A stretch of 64,000 nt of DNA from a virus, in IMG/VR virus record IMGVR_UViG_3300035670_000177, positions 3,212 to 67,211 of that record; one strand, written 5' to 3'. The notes below the pieces were generated by a model. It did no database searches. It was given only the letters and a program-made list of their open reading frames with translations, and was not told the DNA's origin. Made by a program: the position numbers and the translations under genes. This document shows positions 19,801 through 32,297 of the stretch, one piece after another. Position 1 is the first letter of the stretch; each line of letters opens with the position of its first letter.

Positions 19801-20876
19801 CAATGACAACATTTATAATTGAAGCATGGGCTGTGGATGATCTGGCTGTATTGTTCTGTCAAGGGAAGATTGTTAAAGTGTGTAATGAGTGGGAAGGTCC
19901 ACAGAGTGTGAGGATTTGAGATGAAGTTTAAAGACAAGCTTATTGATTTAATGCTTAAACAGGCTGAATTTGAGGAATCAAATCACGAATACATTAACCC
20001 TCACCTGCTTGGGGCTATCCTCAGCGGTCTATATGATGTGGGCTATATGAAAACCCTTACAGTAGAGGATCAAGTTAAATTGGATAAATTTGTAAGTGAT
20101 ATGTGGGGAGCATAACATGGGATACAAACTAGACTACTATATCGAACGTCAGCTGTATGATGAATTTGGTGGACAAGAGCTTTACATGGAAGAAATACAT
20201 ATTACAGGGAACGGGGTTACGGATACAGTTAGCCTTAAACAAGGTGATATGTATATTACAATGACTAACACACAAGCTATTGAGCTTCGTGAACTACTTG
20301 GAAGGGTTTCTTGATGAATAAAGAATACGATTTTAAACTGGATGTAGATGACTGGATTCAAGTGGGAGATACACGATTCTTTGAAATTGAAGCTAGTCCT
20401 GAACAAGTAGACAGGTTTATTAAAGATAACGAATTGTTTAAGGATGCACATTCAGGTTGTGTATGTGATTGTGAGGTCAACTATGGTGGTAGTTGTAAGA
20501 ATCCTAAAGCTTATTTGAGTGGAGGTTGTAAATAATGTTATTGAGTGCTGTGTATGAGCAATATGATCGTGATGATTTGGAAACTATGTTATGGGAAAAG
20601 CATTGTGAGATTGTAAGCTTGAAAACTTTACTCGCTACGTGTATTGAAGAAATGCATGAACTGGGGAGTGATAAACATGATCTTATGAAATTGATCGAAG
20701 ATCAGCACAGAACTGATTGGAGCTATAATGCAAACTACTCTGTAGGTGCATACAACCAAATGAGGAAATACATTGCTGAGCTTGAGAATCTTGTAGGTAA
20801 AGAAGGAGCTTTGAAGATTAGAAACAATCCTTGTCAATACTTGTGTTCTTGGTGGGACGCAACAGAACCAAAATAA
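16881..20876 (+). other. long array of small hypothetical CDSs (e.g. 16881-17078, 17081-17215, 17275-17610, 17616-17933, 17930-18202, 18204-18386, 18596-18778, 18974-19198, 19195-19389, 19390-19632, 19629-19919, 19921-20115, 20311-20535, 20535-20876)
   Basis: Contiguous or overlapping plus-strand ORFs, translationally coupled. Confidence 0.7.
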
Positions 20877-20880
20877 AATA

Positions 20881-20898
20881 AGCCCCGAAAGGGGCTTT
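20881..20898 (+). terminator. intrinsic terminator
   Basis: AGCCCC-GAAA-GGGGCT-TT. Confidence 0.75.
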
Positions 20899-20916
20899 AG
20901 TCATTTAGGAGAAAAT

Positions 20917-21198
20917 ATGTTTATCCCTTACACAGAAAAAGTATTAAAGCTTAGAGAAAATAAAGACTATCTTGGATACGGCATAGCACGAAGAGAACAA
21001 GTCTTAGCTTTTACAGGACCACTGCAATACCAAACTCCCGCTGTAGAAACACTTGCACTGAGAAAGAACCAAGATGAACCGTGTGCCAAATATCGAGAAG
21101 TTATGAGACTAGCCTTACAATTCAAATGTCTATGGGGAGAGAAGCAATTAGAAGAGGATGCAAGAAGAGTACATGAACTTACAAACAAAGAAAGATAG
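20917..21198 (+). CDS. hypothetical protein
   Basis: 93 aa; AGGAG SD. Confidence 0.75.
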   Translation: MFIPYTEKVLKLRENKDYLGYGIARREQVLAFTGPLQYQTPAVETLALRKNQDEPCAKYREVMRLALQFKCLWGEKQLEEDARRVHELTNKER

Positions 21199-21724
21199 GT
21201 ATGATGGAACCTTTGTATTCAATGAGGACACAGGAGAAATCCTAGTACACGTACCTAATCTTAAACCAAAGAAGAGGGTAGTTCCTATTGAGAGGTACAT
21301 AGGAGTGGATACCAAATATCCTAAAGACTGCATAACGGCTGATAGCCTGTTAGCTGCTACATCTGTGATTGATGCTTATGTGAAAGACAAAGCAGTTGTC
21401 TCATCTCATGTTCTTCTTGAGTGTGTTGTGCAAGGACTTCTAACACCGCAAGAAGCGAAGCTTTTGAAGTACATCATCACAAACTGTACAGCATGGAATA
21501 TCTACATAGGATCAACTAAAGATCTAACCACTTCTGGAATCCAAGAGAAGAACCTAACAAGACTTCTAACATCTATGAGTCCAAATATCTTAAGGATTAG
21601 AGAAAGGAATAAACCACAAAGAGGGGATATTGTTATTGAATTCAGCCCCTTCTATGGCTGGAGAGGAGACAACGAACTTCGTACTGGAGCACTGAATAAT
21701 TGGTATGGGATGGCAGATACTTGA
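21158..21724 (+). CDS. winged-helix DNA-binding protein, RepL-like C-terminus
   Basis: LT..E.KLL.YI...helix-turn-helix...I.FSPFYGWRG resembles RepL-type proteins. Confidence 0.5.
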   Translation: MQEEYMNLQTKKDRYDGTFVFNEDTGEILVHVPNLKPKKRVVPIERYIGVDTKYPKDCITADSLLAATSVIDAYVKDKAVVSSHVLLECVVQGLLTPQEAKLLKYIITNCTAWNIYIGSTKDLTTSGIQEKNLTRLLTSMSPNILRIRERNKPQRGDIVIEFSPFYGWRGDNELRTGALNNWYGMADT

Positions 21725-22104
21725 CTTCTCCGCATTTTTGCGAACGAGATAACCCTCTACCCCTTATAATTCAAGGGTGTTAAAATCTTCTATACATATT
21801 AATAGACTAGAAGGAAATATCCAACATCCCTCTGAGAGAACATGCTTGTTTAGGTGTTCTCTATTGATGCTTGTATAAGAAATATGTAAGGATGATTTTA
21901 GGTAAGTTCCGACCAACCAGATATCTAGTAACAGGTCTTAACACCTTACCACCCCCACTACCAAATAGCAACTAACTTTATCGAATATCTAATAAAACAT
22001 TTCTATCAGAACCTTCCAATCGACAGCTTGTCTCTTAAACACAGTAATTAAGACTTCCTCTATTAGAACTAATTAGTTAATAGAATAGAGCTATTAGTGG
22101 AGAC

Positions 22105-22129
22105 GAAAGAAAGCCCCAGTGAAGGGGCT
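22105..22129 (-). terminator. intrinsic terminator ending the early minus-strand block
   Basis: AGCCCC-TTCACT-GGGGCT followed by TTCTTTC on minus. Confidence 0.8.
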
Positions 22130-22150
22130 AGTTTGGAGGGGATTGTTTAG

Positions 22151-22294
22151 TCAGTCTTCTTCGACTGGATATGGTCCCATGATGTCATCTGTCTGCATGG
22201 CCTTCTTAACATCTTCGATAGACCAGTCTGATGGGAATTCAACCTTTTGAGAAGAGCCGTCAGCGTAAAAAGCAAAGAAGGTATTGAAAGACAT
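22151..22294 (-). CDS. small early protein (MSFNTFF...)
   Basis: AGGAG SD; promoter TTGACT-17-TATACT at 22338-22366. Confidence 0.75.
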   Translation of the reverse strand: MSFNTFFAFYADGSSQKVEFPSDWSIEDVKKAMQTDDIMGPYPVEED

Positions 22295-22683
22295 TTTGTT
22301 TCTCCTTAGTTGAGACGTTCTGTCTCTGTATGTGTTCAGTATAAGAGAACTAGACAAGGCAGTCAAGAAGAAAAATAAAGAAATTTAAGAAAAGATCATT
22401 TAAAGAATTTATCAGTTAAGAATGTGTTATTAAGATGTTCTATTGCTCCCATTCTGACGAATGGTAGAGAATAAATTCAAGAAAATCCTGGAAAGGGGTT
22501 GACTTTTTAAAGGGAATGTTGTTCGTGCTTAACTCAACACAAGTGTTTCGTACGCAATCCGAACGTATAAATAGTGACTAAATACTCTTATCAAGTCACG
22601 TTGTAGACCTTACCAGGTAAGGCTTTCACTGTTTAGTTAGGTATTGATAAAGTGTTTGTTTAGTGAAGAATGGAAACAAGAAT

Positions 22684-22701
22684 GCCCGTCTAATGACGGG
22701 C
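22684..22701 (-). terminator. intrinsic terminator
   Basis: GCCCGTC-4-GACGGGC followed by ATTCTTGTTT on minus. Confidence 0.65.
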
Positions 22702-23726
22702 TATTGTGAAGTGTGTATTTAGCGGTTAGATGTTGGTTATCGTCAGATTTTGAATATTCTTGTGACCACTAACCTTATTTCATATTCAGAGAACATTTTG
22801 TATAGCCATTGTGAGATTTCTTCTCCTGTCTGAAATTCTTGCTCAAAGCTGTTATCAATAGAGTCGAGAAAATAATTCACAATAAACATGATTACACCTT
22901 TACAGTTTGATTGTGACAGTTAGCATATAGCTACCAGTGACAGTTACATTTTCTGGTAACTGGTCGAGTTTAAACGACTTGCCAATACCCATCTCTTTAA
23001 GGATCATCTTTGCACGGACGTTCAGAATGTCTGCTTTTACTCTGCCCGAGAACATACGATGAGACTGTGCATCTTTTATGTGAGAGATTTTGAATGTTTC
23101 AGGCAAGAATACTTCTTTGTGAGAGAAAGAATCGTCCATGTTGTAGATGTCTACGGCTTTGGTTTTGAATTCGATGTGGGTCATTTTCTTTACTCGGTTT
23201 GTTGTCTTTCTGTGTGTAATTCTAGCAGACTGAGATTAAAGGTCAAGCATTACTTTCAATTATTTTTGATCTTTTCTTGTGCTACTTTATTCACCTTCTC
23301 GGCAAGGCTGATGACGAAATGTTCTTGTGTGTTGTATTCAGACAGGAAATCAATGGTGATAGATTGATCGCCATGAGTAAGGCACAAGATGCCGCTAGAC
23401 TTGCATACAAGAGCCCAGTAAGTGCCTGCATTAGGCGAATAGACAATCTCTTCAGCCTGATAAACAGATTCACCGTTGCGAGTGTAGTTTGGAGAATCAA
23501 TCCAATTGAAAGACATTGCTTTCAATTGAGCTTTGACAAGAGCGTATTTAGCAGATTGAAGAGTGTTCATTTATTTGCATCCTGTATCTGTTTGTTGTCT
23601 TGATGGAATTGATTTTACAGATATTCAGCCGACTTGTAAGGCGCTATTTTCATAAATTTATGGTTATTTTCATTACTACGCCCTGGACACGCCGCACCTG
23701 GGTGACCGCTTCTTATAGGCATGAAA

Positions 23727-23746
23727 AAGCCCCAGTTAAGGGGCTT
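23727..23746 (-). terminator. intrinsic terminator
   Basis: AAGCCCC-6-GGGGCTT plus a T-run on minus. Confidence 0.8.
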
Positions 23747-25456
23747 AATTTTGTGTGTTTGTATTACATCATGCCTTTGTGCCAGTTCAGGGCTCCATGT
23801 TGGCGAATGCTTTTTATGGCAGCTTGGCAAGCTTCTTTTGTACCGCCTTGCACAGGGCAAAAACTATACCTGTGAGTGTCCACAATCTTGAGGGTATATT
23901 GACGGCCTTCCGGCATGTATTCGCGCTTTTCTACTACTGCAATAGTGTGCAAAGAGATGCGGATTTCGCAAGATTGAAAAGACATGGTGAATCTCTCCTG
24001 GCCCGGGTGATCAGGTGGCCTGCCTGTGGGGCTTGATTGCCTCCGATGTGTGTATATTAGGCTTTTCCTTCGTAAGAGTAAAGAGATTTTTTAAATCGAT
24101 AGCCTCGTCAAGGGCTTTTAGAGGAAAATACTATAAAGAAAGCAGAAATCCAGTCAAGCACTATTTCCAATTATTTAGATACAAGCGAGGTTTTCCGTAC
24201 TCATCTTTCAATGCTTGGCTATGGAGATTTCTAACGTTCCACTGTGCAACAACAAGATCTAAGTCTTGACTTGACTTTGTTTTATAACCACAATTTTCAC
24301 ATTCTACTAAGTAACCTGTATCGGTTTCAAATCCCACAGTAGCGCACCCGCCGCAATCACAATGAGAGAGACTTTCTGACATTTTCTGTATCTCCTTGAA
24401 ATTTGAATAATTTTCTAATATTCATCCACAACACACTTAAAGCTAGCTTCTACAATCTTTCCTTCCATAGCAACAGCTTTATAACGCTCGACTGCATCTT
24501 TATACATCTGAGCATAACTCTCATTCTTACTATCTTGATATTCCTCATGCATACGTTCAATGCAATCTTGTTTAGTGAGCTTATAGTCAATGACATACTC
24601 TTCACTCTGTACATGAGTCGAGAAAGTGAGGATGAGAGCGTAAGTGATCATGATGTTGTCCTTTGGTGTTTGCTTTCGATATGTGTAAGCTTAGTGGAAA
24701 GCTCTCTGTGTGTCAAGGGTTATTTGAGAGCTTTCTGTAAATTTAGTTAATAATTCTCAATGTCCAGGCTGATAGCAGACATCGTTGTCATAGCCTTAAG
24801 AAGCTCTTGCATTTCGTATTCGGATGGTTTCCTGTATCCTGAGAACTCAAACACACGACCATCATTGTCTGTGATAGCCTCTGTCAAGGCAGACATAAAG
24901 CAATCTGGTCCAAGGTCTTCAATCAAGGCTTTGATCATATTAGTTGCAAGAGTATTACTCATTTGTGCATCTCCTGTGTTATAGACTGTCAAAAGCGATT
25001 GGTGTATACGTGACGTAGTTACTACTAACGCTTGTAAACACTTTGTTATACTTAGCTTGCCAATGTGGGACAGCCAATACAACGTTCTGACGGATACCGT
25101 CGGCATTCATAAGCTTTGTGTGTATGAAGACAATAAGAGTTTTCATTTAATTCAGATTCCAAAGCGGTGAGTGAGGATGCTGTCCCGTGCCTTCGGAGTC
25201 ATCTTGTTGCCATAACGGTGAGATTCACGGATAGCTGCATGGGCACGTTCTGCTTCAGAGAAACTGATTTTGTTATCACGAAAGGCTTGTTGAATTCGTG
25301 CATCCAGTGCTTGCATGTTCATGCTGTTTCTCCTAAAGAGTGTTTCTGTCTTTGTTAAACAAATCATAGCCCCCATCCACCATCCATGTCAAGCATTTTT
25401 AGGCTGGTATCAAGCCTTTTCACAAAGAATTTTTCATTTATTTCGTACATTTTCTG

Positions 25457-25590
25457 TTGACAAGGCAAGGAGGATTTGCCATAATGAACTCACACAAGGC
25501 GAGGATAGTAGCTCGGAGACAAACACCTAACTCGTCTATAGAAAAGCATAAGGGTATAAAAGAAAAGAGCCTTTCGGCTCCTCTCCTTCT
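25457..25590 (+). ncRNA. candidate ~90-100 nt small RNA with its own promoter
   Basis: TTGACA-17-CATAAT (25457-25485) fires into ORF-free sequence ending at the GAGCC-TTTC-GGCTC hairpin (25567-25580). Confidence 0.5.
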
Positions 25591-26399
25591 TGCTTCCTTA
25601 GAAATCGCTGTTGTCACACCTAGCTTCAGCAACAAAGCGGATACGACCGTTGATGGTCATTGCAGCCTGTACAGTCCAGTTGTTCTCAGTACCGTACACC
25701 ATCACGCTAACACCTTCTTTAACCTCTACGCTACCAATCTTACCAGCGGCTACCAACACAGCTTGAGAACGATCATTCATCACTTTACGAAGACCAGTGA
25801 AGATGGTATCCATGGTGACTGCTTTGTGGTTGGATTTGAAGTTTTGCATGGCTGTTGCTCCGTGTGCTTGCTTTGTATGGGTTTATTATTTGGCCTTTTC
25901 AGACACCTGTCAACATTTATTTTGTAAATTTTAATTAATTCTTTTTGGTTACAATCTCAGCCTTAGCCTCAGTCGGATAACCAAGATGCTCCAGCAGCAT
26001 CAAGACGGCGCTGTAGTTCATGAAGCCACCAACCTTTTCAATACCGATCACTTTACCTTCATGGATGATTTTGTAAGTTTTCATGTCTTATCTCCGGTTA
26101 GGCGAGGCTTTTACGCCCTGTTGTGATTGATTCTACAGAGATACAGACAGGTCGTCAAGCATCTTTTTAGCTTTTCTTTTCTCTATTTTATGTTTAATCC
26201 TAAGTTTTGCTTCTTCTCGCTGTTGTCCTGCAGAAGGTAGCATTAGACGTAATTCTAGAAACTCTGTAGCCTCTTCCTGGGTCATCCAAAGAATACCAGC
26301 ATATTGGAGATGTGGATTGTGTGGCGCTTGATTCATTCGAGATTCAGCTAGAGCGCCTAACTCATTCATCCGTGCGATGATTTCTTGTTCTGTCATTTC

Positions 26400-26708
26400 T
26401 CAATCTCCATAAAACCCGCTGCAGTCGCAATTCACATTGCTACTCGGCTGTTTCCTTGATTCCCAAACGTCATCACTATTAAGCTTAGAAAAGCCATATT
26501 CCGTATCAACTACATCGTAACCATCCCCACACCACTTATACAAACGTTCTGTCTTCCTGTCATATTTATAGCATGAATCACTGTTTGGATGCATTGTACC
26601 AATGCGGTATCAAACAGTATTGCTTTCAATGTAAGAGACTGTTAATAGAATGTAGTTGTACTGATCGATAAATAAACGGTATTGATCTTGCTCTTTGATA
26701 CTATTCAT
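26400..26708 (-). pseudogene. gene interrupted by an in-frame TGA (26610-26612)
   Basis: The ATG at 26708 overlaps the upstream stop (ATGA) and is in frame with ORF 26400-26594: MNSIKEQ...NTV*YRIGTMHPN. Confidence 0.65.
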
Positions 26709-29700
26709 TCTTCTACCCCTATACCTAAAGACCGTAAAACTTCGACGACTTCTTGTCTGTAGTAAGGGAACAGGAATGGTAGCTTAACTTTGACAGATTT
26801 TCTAGAGGATACCCAAGCTTCATATGCTTTTTGCGTACTATAAAATTTATATGAGCCATCTTCAAGTAACTTAAGATTAAAAACTCCTTCTCCTTTTGCC
26901 CACTCTTCAAAAGAGTTCTTGATTGCATCTTCCATCACAACGCCTCCACATAATTACGTTTAAAACCCCTCACAACATTATTCTTACGCTTATTTGTCTT
27001 TTGTTTATATATGATGTCTCTTTCATATTCGTGGTTACACGAATTACTAGAAGGCCGAATAGCTTCAAAAGAGATGTGTGTTTCATTCATGTTGTGAAGC
27101 ATTGCGTAGTTGATTTTCATTTAGCTGTCCTTGTTCATCCAATTTGCAATAGCTTCGATCCAACCAGCATTATGCATTCCATAAGAAAACATACCAAACC
27201 CGATACCTACAAATGGTGCACAAGCAATAGCCCATGCACTGCCCAACAGCATGAAGAACATACTTGAGGATAAAACAAGAATCAATGCAGGAATAACTAG
27301 CCACTTAGTTTTTGATTTCATTTCAATTCTCCACAACACTAAGGCTTCTCATATAAAGAAAGGCTTCTTGATAAGAGTCAAACCATTCAATCCCGGCGTA
27401 CAACCAACCTGCGGGGGTCATAACCCAATCTTTAACGATCCAAAAGCCATCTTCCTCAACGATTTCCATCTGAAGCCTCACCATTAATTTTAGATTGCCA
27501 CACACCATTTTCCCGCCAAAGCTTGTAGCTCTGTTTTATGCTGGCAGCTAAGGCTTCCCTCTGCCAAGTTTGAATGCTTTGTAGAGCTTTGTCAAGACTT
27601 TTCATGATCATTTATCCTTAAGGAAGCAATGCGTGGCATTCGCCAGTTTGGATGTAGACAGCACGTTGCTGGAATGTAAAAGTGTGGTCCCATTCACCAG
27701 CTTCAATGTCGTCCATCCGTTTTAGCGTTGATTCAACATAACTATTAATATCATTCACCTTAACATCTCCACTGATAGCTTCATCAATGCATGCTTGAGT
27801 ATTATCAAGGAACCATTGACGCGTTTGCATAATAGTTTCTTTTGTGATGTTCATAGTGAATTCCTTTTAAAAGACTAATTTTGCTGCTGTTAGGGCTATT
27901 GTGCTGCAAACCACGAAGTATGTAAATTGATGATTATTAATCCAATCTGCCACTTTCGATAGGCTCAGACTATTACTAGGCTTTTTAACGTCTTTAAAAC
28001 GATTTCCCTCTATAGCAGTACGTTTGCTTGTCTTAGAGCTTTTCTCGCTTTTTACGTGTGTTTTTCCCAAAGAAATAGCTTCTTCGTCTTCGATTTCAAA
28101 GGGAGCACGTACAGATTTTGCTTTAGCTAACAGAATTTCAGCTTTAGCTCGTTTAGAGCTAATCACAGAGAGAAGCATAGAATACTCATCAATGTCGATG
28201 TTTCCTTTTTGATATTCAGCTACCAATTCTTTCATTTGATTTGTAAGCGTAGTGACACGCTTAGCTTGTGGAAGAATCCGATCTTGAATGCTGACAGATG
28301 GTTTCTTTTTAGGCTTACGAGCTTCAATAGTTTCATCACTGAAAGCACCAACACGAGCACGGCCTTGTTTGTCGAATGTAGCGATGTCAACAGATTTATC
28401 ACCACGATATTGACCATTACCACCTGACCATTGATTGTGGTCGCTGGCTGCATCAATCCACGAAGGCTGAATGTACATGCGGGTCATGATAAACCTCCAA
28501 AAACAAGAAAACCCTAAGACTTGTGATCATCTTAGGGCTTCATAAGATTTGTGTCAACCTTTATTTTGTTCTGGGTAGATACAAATCGAGAAGATTTTAC
28601 CCAAACCGGCAGACCATGCATATTCAATGCGAAGGTAGCTCATACCACCAAGCTCAACAGGATAGAAGTCAAAATGACTGTAAACACCACGACCAGCTTT
28701 CAGCATCTCTTGTGACAAGGAAGCATGGCAACGTTTCACACCATCCTCTTCCCATTCTTTGACCATCATGCCAGTTTCTTTTGCAACTTCAAGAAAGCGA
28801 GTAAGCCGTTTTTCGTAGGAGTTAACAGGGTTTTTGCTGTAGATGATCTGTGCAGTAGAGAAGTTGCGCATGATTTCGACTCCGTTGATTTGCTTTGATT
28901 CTTGGATGTTTGATCCGGTATGTGCTAATCTTAGCCGGTCTTCATAGTCGTGTCAACATATGTTTCCAGTAAATATTACGAATTACTGCTACAAAACTCT
29001 ATACCAAGGTGCGTAACAGATAAATTACCATTTGTCAACCTTACTTTGAATTCGTTGTTATGATTTGGTCTGCTTTCAATTTTTGACGTAAGCAGAGCAG
29101 CCAAAGGCTCATCTACGACTTCTCCGAAATGCTCCTCAAGGAATTCAGAAATCACCACCTTAAAATAGTAACGCCTCTTCATATCTTGATTCATTTAAAT
29201 ACTTCCACATACATCTGAGATTCTTTATCAAATGTCCAGCTTCTACCTAGCACTGTATAATCCGCTTTATCGTCTGCGAAAGCTTTAGCACCAACGCCAC
29301 AAGCTTTACGAAGCTCTAGTATTTCAGACGAGGCGTAGCGACCAGAGAGGCTTGCCCTCTCGACCTCTTGAGCACACACATTGAAATAGCTATTAAACAA
29401 AGCCTCCTTTTGTTTTGTATGTGCTGTGTACCGGTCGTATGTTCCGAAGGCTGTAAACGAAGTGGCAGCCAACAGTGCTGAGATTGATAGGAGTTTATTC
29501 AATTGAGGGCCTCCTTGATATTACTAATAAAGTTAGACTTCTCTTCCGGCGTCAGATCACAAGAAAGTTCTTCAACCAAAGTCATGACAAGCCATTGGGT
29601 AAACTCCACTTCTGCAATAATCCCATCTGCAATTCGTACAGCCTCTACGAAACTGACTTGATCCATATCAGACAAGGCAAAAGCCAGATCATTAACAGAA

Positions 29701-31926
29701 ACTTCTACATTAAAACGTGGCATTATTTCTTCTCCTTTTTAATAGTTTCTTGCAATTGTTCTGCTTCTTTTTGCAATTCTGCCAGCTTAGCCATTACATT
29801 GTCAAGCTGCTCTTCAGCCTTTGATTTTTCTTTAAAAACTTCGGCCTCAAGAATGTACTGAATTCCATAGTAATTGATGTTACTGATCCCTGAAAATTTT
29901 TCAATATATTTATTGTAAATTTCTTGTTTGGGGTCTAGTAAAGCTTTCAATTCTTTATATAAATCTGTTGTAACATCACCATTAGTTTTAGAAATTACAG
30001 CATACAAACGAAGTGCTTCACGGGCACTCACAGAAAAACTTACGATATCTTCTTTCTTCATCTTATATCTCCTAATTTAAATTAATTTAGCCTTTCAGAC
30101 TGCTTGCCAGCAAACTTGTCTGTGCAAACATTGTACACAGCTTCAATCTCTTTTGCAAGCTCTATTTCATCTGATTGACTGATTGTTCTGTCAATCGAAT
30201 AGGCTTCTGTGAGGCTCAAGCTTCTTTGGTAAGCAGCATACAGAAACTCATGTGAGCTTTGTTTGAGCATCAATCCATAGCTGTTACGGATGTAGGCTAT
30301 TTTCTCTGAGGTTGTCATTGTGTCTCTCCAATCAACACTGGACGCTTTCAGGCGTGATACCGAAGTTCTGAATCACATAATCTATACCAGACCCCTTAGC
30401 AACGTCAAGAACCATTGTAGCAGGTTCATCGTAAGGGTACACAGTGGATGGGAGGTCCGTATAGATAAGCACCCTATCAGTCCCGCATTGACGTTCAATA
30501 ACCAAGATTCGATTTACACTAAAAGACAGGTTCATCTACTACTCCTCAATAAGCTTCTCAAGAATCACACGGCTACTATCGCTCAATCCTTTGTCGTTGT
30601 CAAGGATGTGCTGCACTAAAAGCTTTTGACCTTCGTGGGCTTTGATGCCTAGCGTCTGAGCTGCCTGAAAAGCGTTGTCAGCAAGCATCCATTTGTCTTC
30701 AATCAACACCTTTTGACGCCCCGAAGGAAGACTTAGCCACCACTCGTTGAAATTCATTTCAAATCCTCTTTGTTTACATACACTTTAACCCAAGACTGTT
30801 CTCCGTTGGCGACAGCCAACATCCCAGACGCATAAAGCTTCCCTGATGGTGTTACGTAGCCGTATAGGGCGTACTCCTTATCGGTCTCATCAAACAGAAG
30901 ACGAAGTTCGTTAGCCATTTCTTGTCGAACCGGACGACCTTCTGCTGCATCCCGTTCAAAGGCAGCAATAGCCATGTTCAGAATTGCACGTACATTACTC
31001 ATCTCTTATTCCTCAAATTCAATGTCAACAGATCCGCATTTCACATGGCGCAGATTGTTAAGGTTCACATTAACCCATTTTTCGTTTGTTACGTCAACCA
31101 TTGTGTAAAGATTTGGTTTGTGAGCCACTGTGTTTGCTTGAGCCTTAGAGGCATGACCAGCAGCAAACATATTGTGTTGCATGTGTTTACCAGTACAAGC
31201 GCGGACTTCTCCGTTGGATTTCACCCATTCAATGCTGTAGAAGCGACCAGCAAAGCTGTCCAACAGTTCACGTTTAGCTTGAATCGACATTTTGTATTTC
31301 ATGATGTTCATCTCCAGTGATTTGCTTTGTAAAACGAATCATAGCTCCATCAGCACGCTGTGTCAACACATTTTTCAAAAATAAAAATAGGGGAGGGCTA
31401 TCGCCCAGTCCCCATTATTCCAATTCATCAAAAATTCCAGCTTCTACCAACGTTTTGTGAATATTGTGTAATGCTATCCAATACTCCTTTGTGTCTTGAT
31501 TGCTGTGTTCGGGGATGTCAGACCACAAATGAAGCTGCTGAGAGTAAGCCACAAGACCAAGGCTTAGACCATACTGCTGATCTTGAATGGCAGTAATAAT
31601 ATTTTCGTTTGTCTCCCCTTCAAGCATTTGTTCTAGGATTTGTAAAGCTTTTTCTTTGTTATACATTACCAATCCTTTTCAAATGTAAATGTTTCATTTG
31701 TGAATCGACGTAATACATCAGTACACATCTTAAAACGGTCGTGGTAAACAAGGCCCAGTGTTTTACATTTCAATGCCGTCTGCCGGTATTTGTTTGCTCT
31801 TTCACGATTAAATTTATTGTTCACTCTTGAGGTTGCAAGTTCTGCAAACAACATCAAACGATCAAACTTGTCCAACCAATTCTCAAGAACTCGTTTTGCT
31901 TCCTGTTCATGCCACATCATAATCAT
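26705..31926 (-). other. early/middle small CDSs (26705-26938, 26935-27120, 27121-27321 membrane, 27618-27854, 27867-28487, 28554-28871, 28976-29194, 29191-29502 secreted, 29499-29723, 29723-30061, 30082-30318, 30332-30535, 30539-30757, 30754-31002, 31006-31311, 31415-31672, 31666-31926)
   Basis: Tightly packed minus-strand ORFs. Confidence 0.7.
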
Positions 31927-32297
31927 TCTCCAATAGTTACTTGAACACTTGTAATAAATGCTGTTTCAGCGATTGCCAGTCTACAGCTCGGACAAGGCCA
32001 AGCATCCATCTTCTGTCCCTTACTACCTACTCTTGCCACATACAATGTACAATCTTTAGGGTTCATTTTAGCAGCTTTAATAATAGATGCAAGCTCACTA
32101 TGGAGGTAACAGCGTTCTGGATCAAAACCAGCCTTTACACTGTAATGCTTCTGTAGCGTGTGGCTTTTCTCATACAGATTTTGGCTTTCACTAAGGATTT
32201 TACCACGTTTAGAAACGATTAGTGAGTACACCCTTGCTCTCCCCTTGATATAGGGAATCGAGCGTGCTTTGTCTGTGCAGAGCTGTATAAAAGACAT
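31923..32297 (-). CDS. second cytidine/dCMP deaminase-fold protein
   Basis: LHSE..SI...LYVAR...PCPSC. Confidence 0.8.
   Translation of the reverse strand: MSFIQLCTDKARSIPYIKGRARVYSLIVSKRGKILSESQNLYEKSHTLQKHYSVKAGFDPERCYLHSELASIIKAAKMNPKDCTLYVARVGSKGQKMDAWPCPSCRLAIAETAFITSVQVTIGE

Larger units (their letters stand above)
22743..26396 (-). other. early small CDSs (22743-22889, 22900-23184, 23256-23570, 23764-23985, 24161-24382 Lar-like Zn-ribbon, 24415-24651, 24747-24962, ~24979-25146, 25152-25323, 25598-25849, 26133-26396)
   Basis: Minus-strand ORFs, each with an SD and often its own promoter. Confidence 0.7.

Noticed and set aside
22499-22530. Plus-strand promoter at TTGACT
   Set aside because: No -10 box at a 16-18 bp spacing.
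25457-25927. 156 aa plus-strand ORF, and other antisense ORFs (10649-11215, 42672-43307, 47936-48637)
   Set aside because: These are shadow frames of real genes, lack SDs and have atypical composition; the 25457 'start' is the -35 box.
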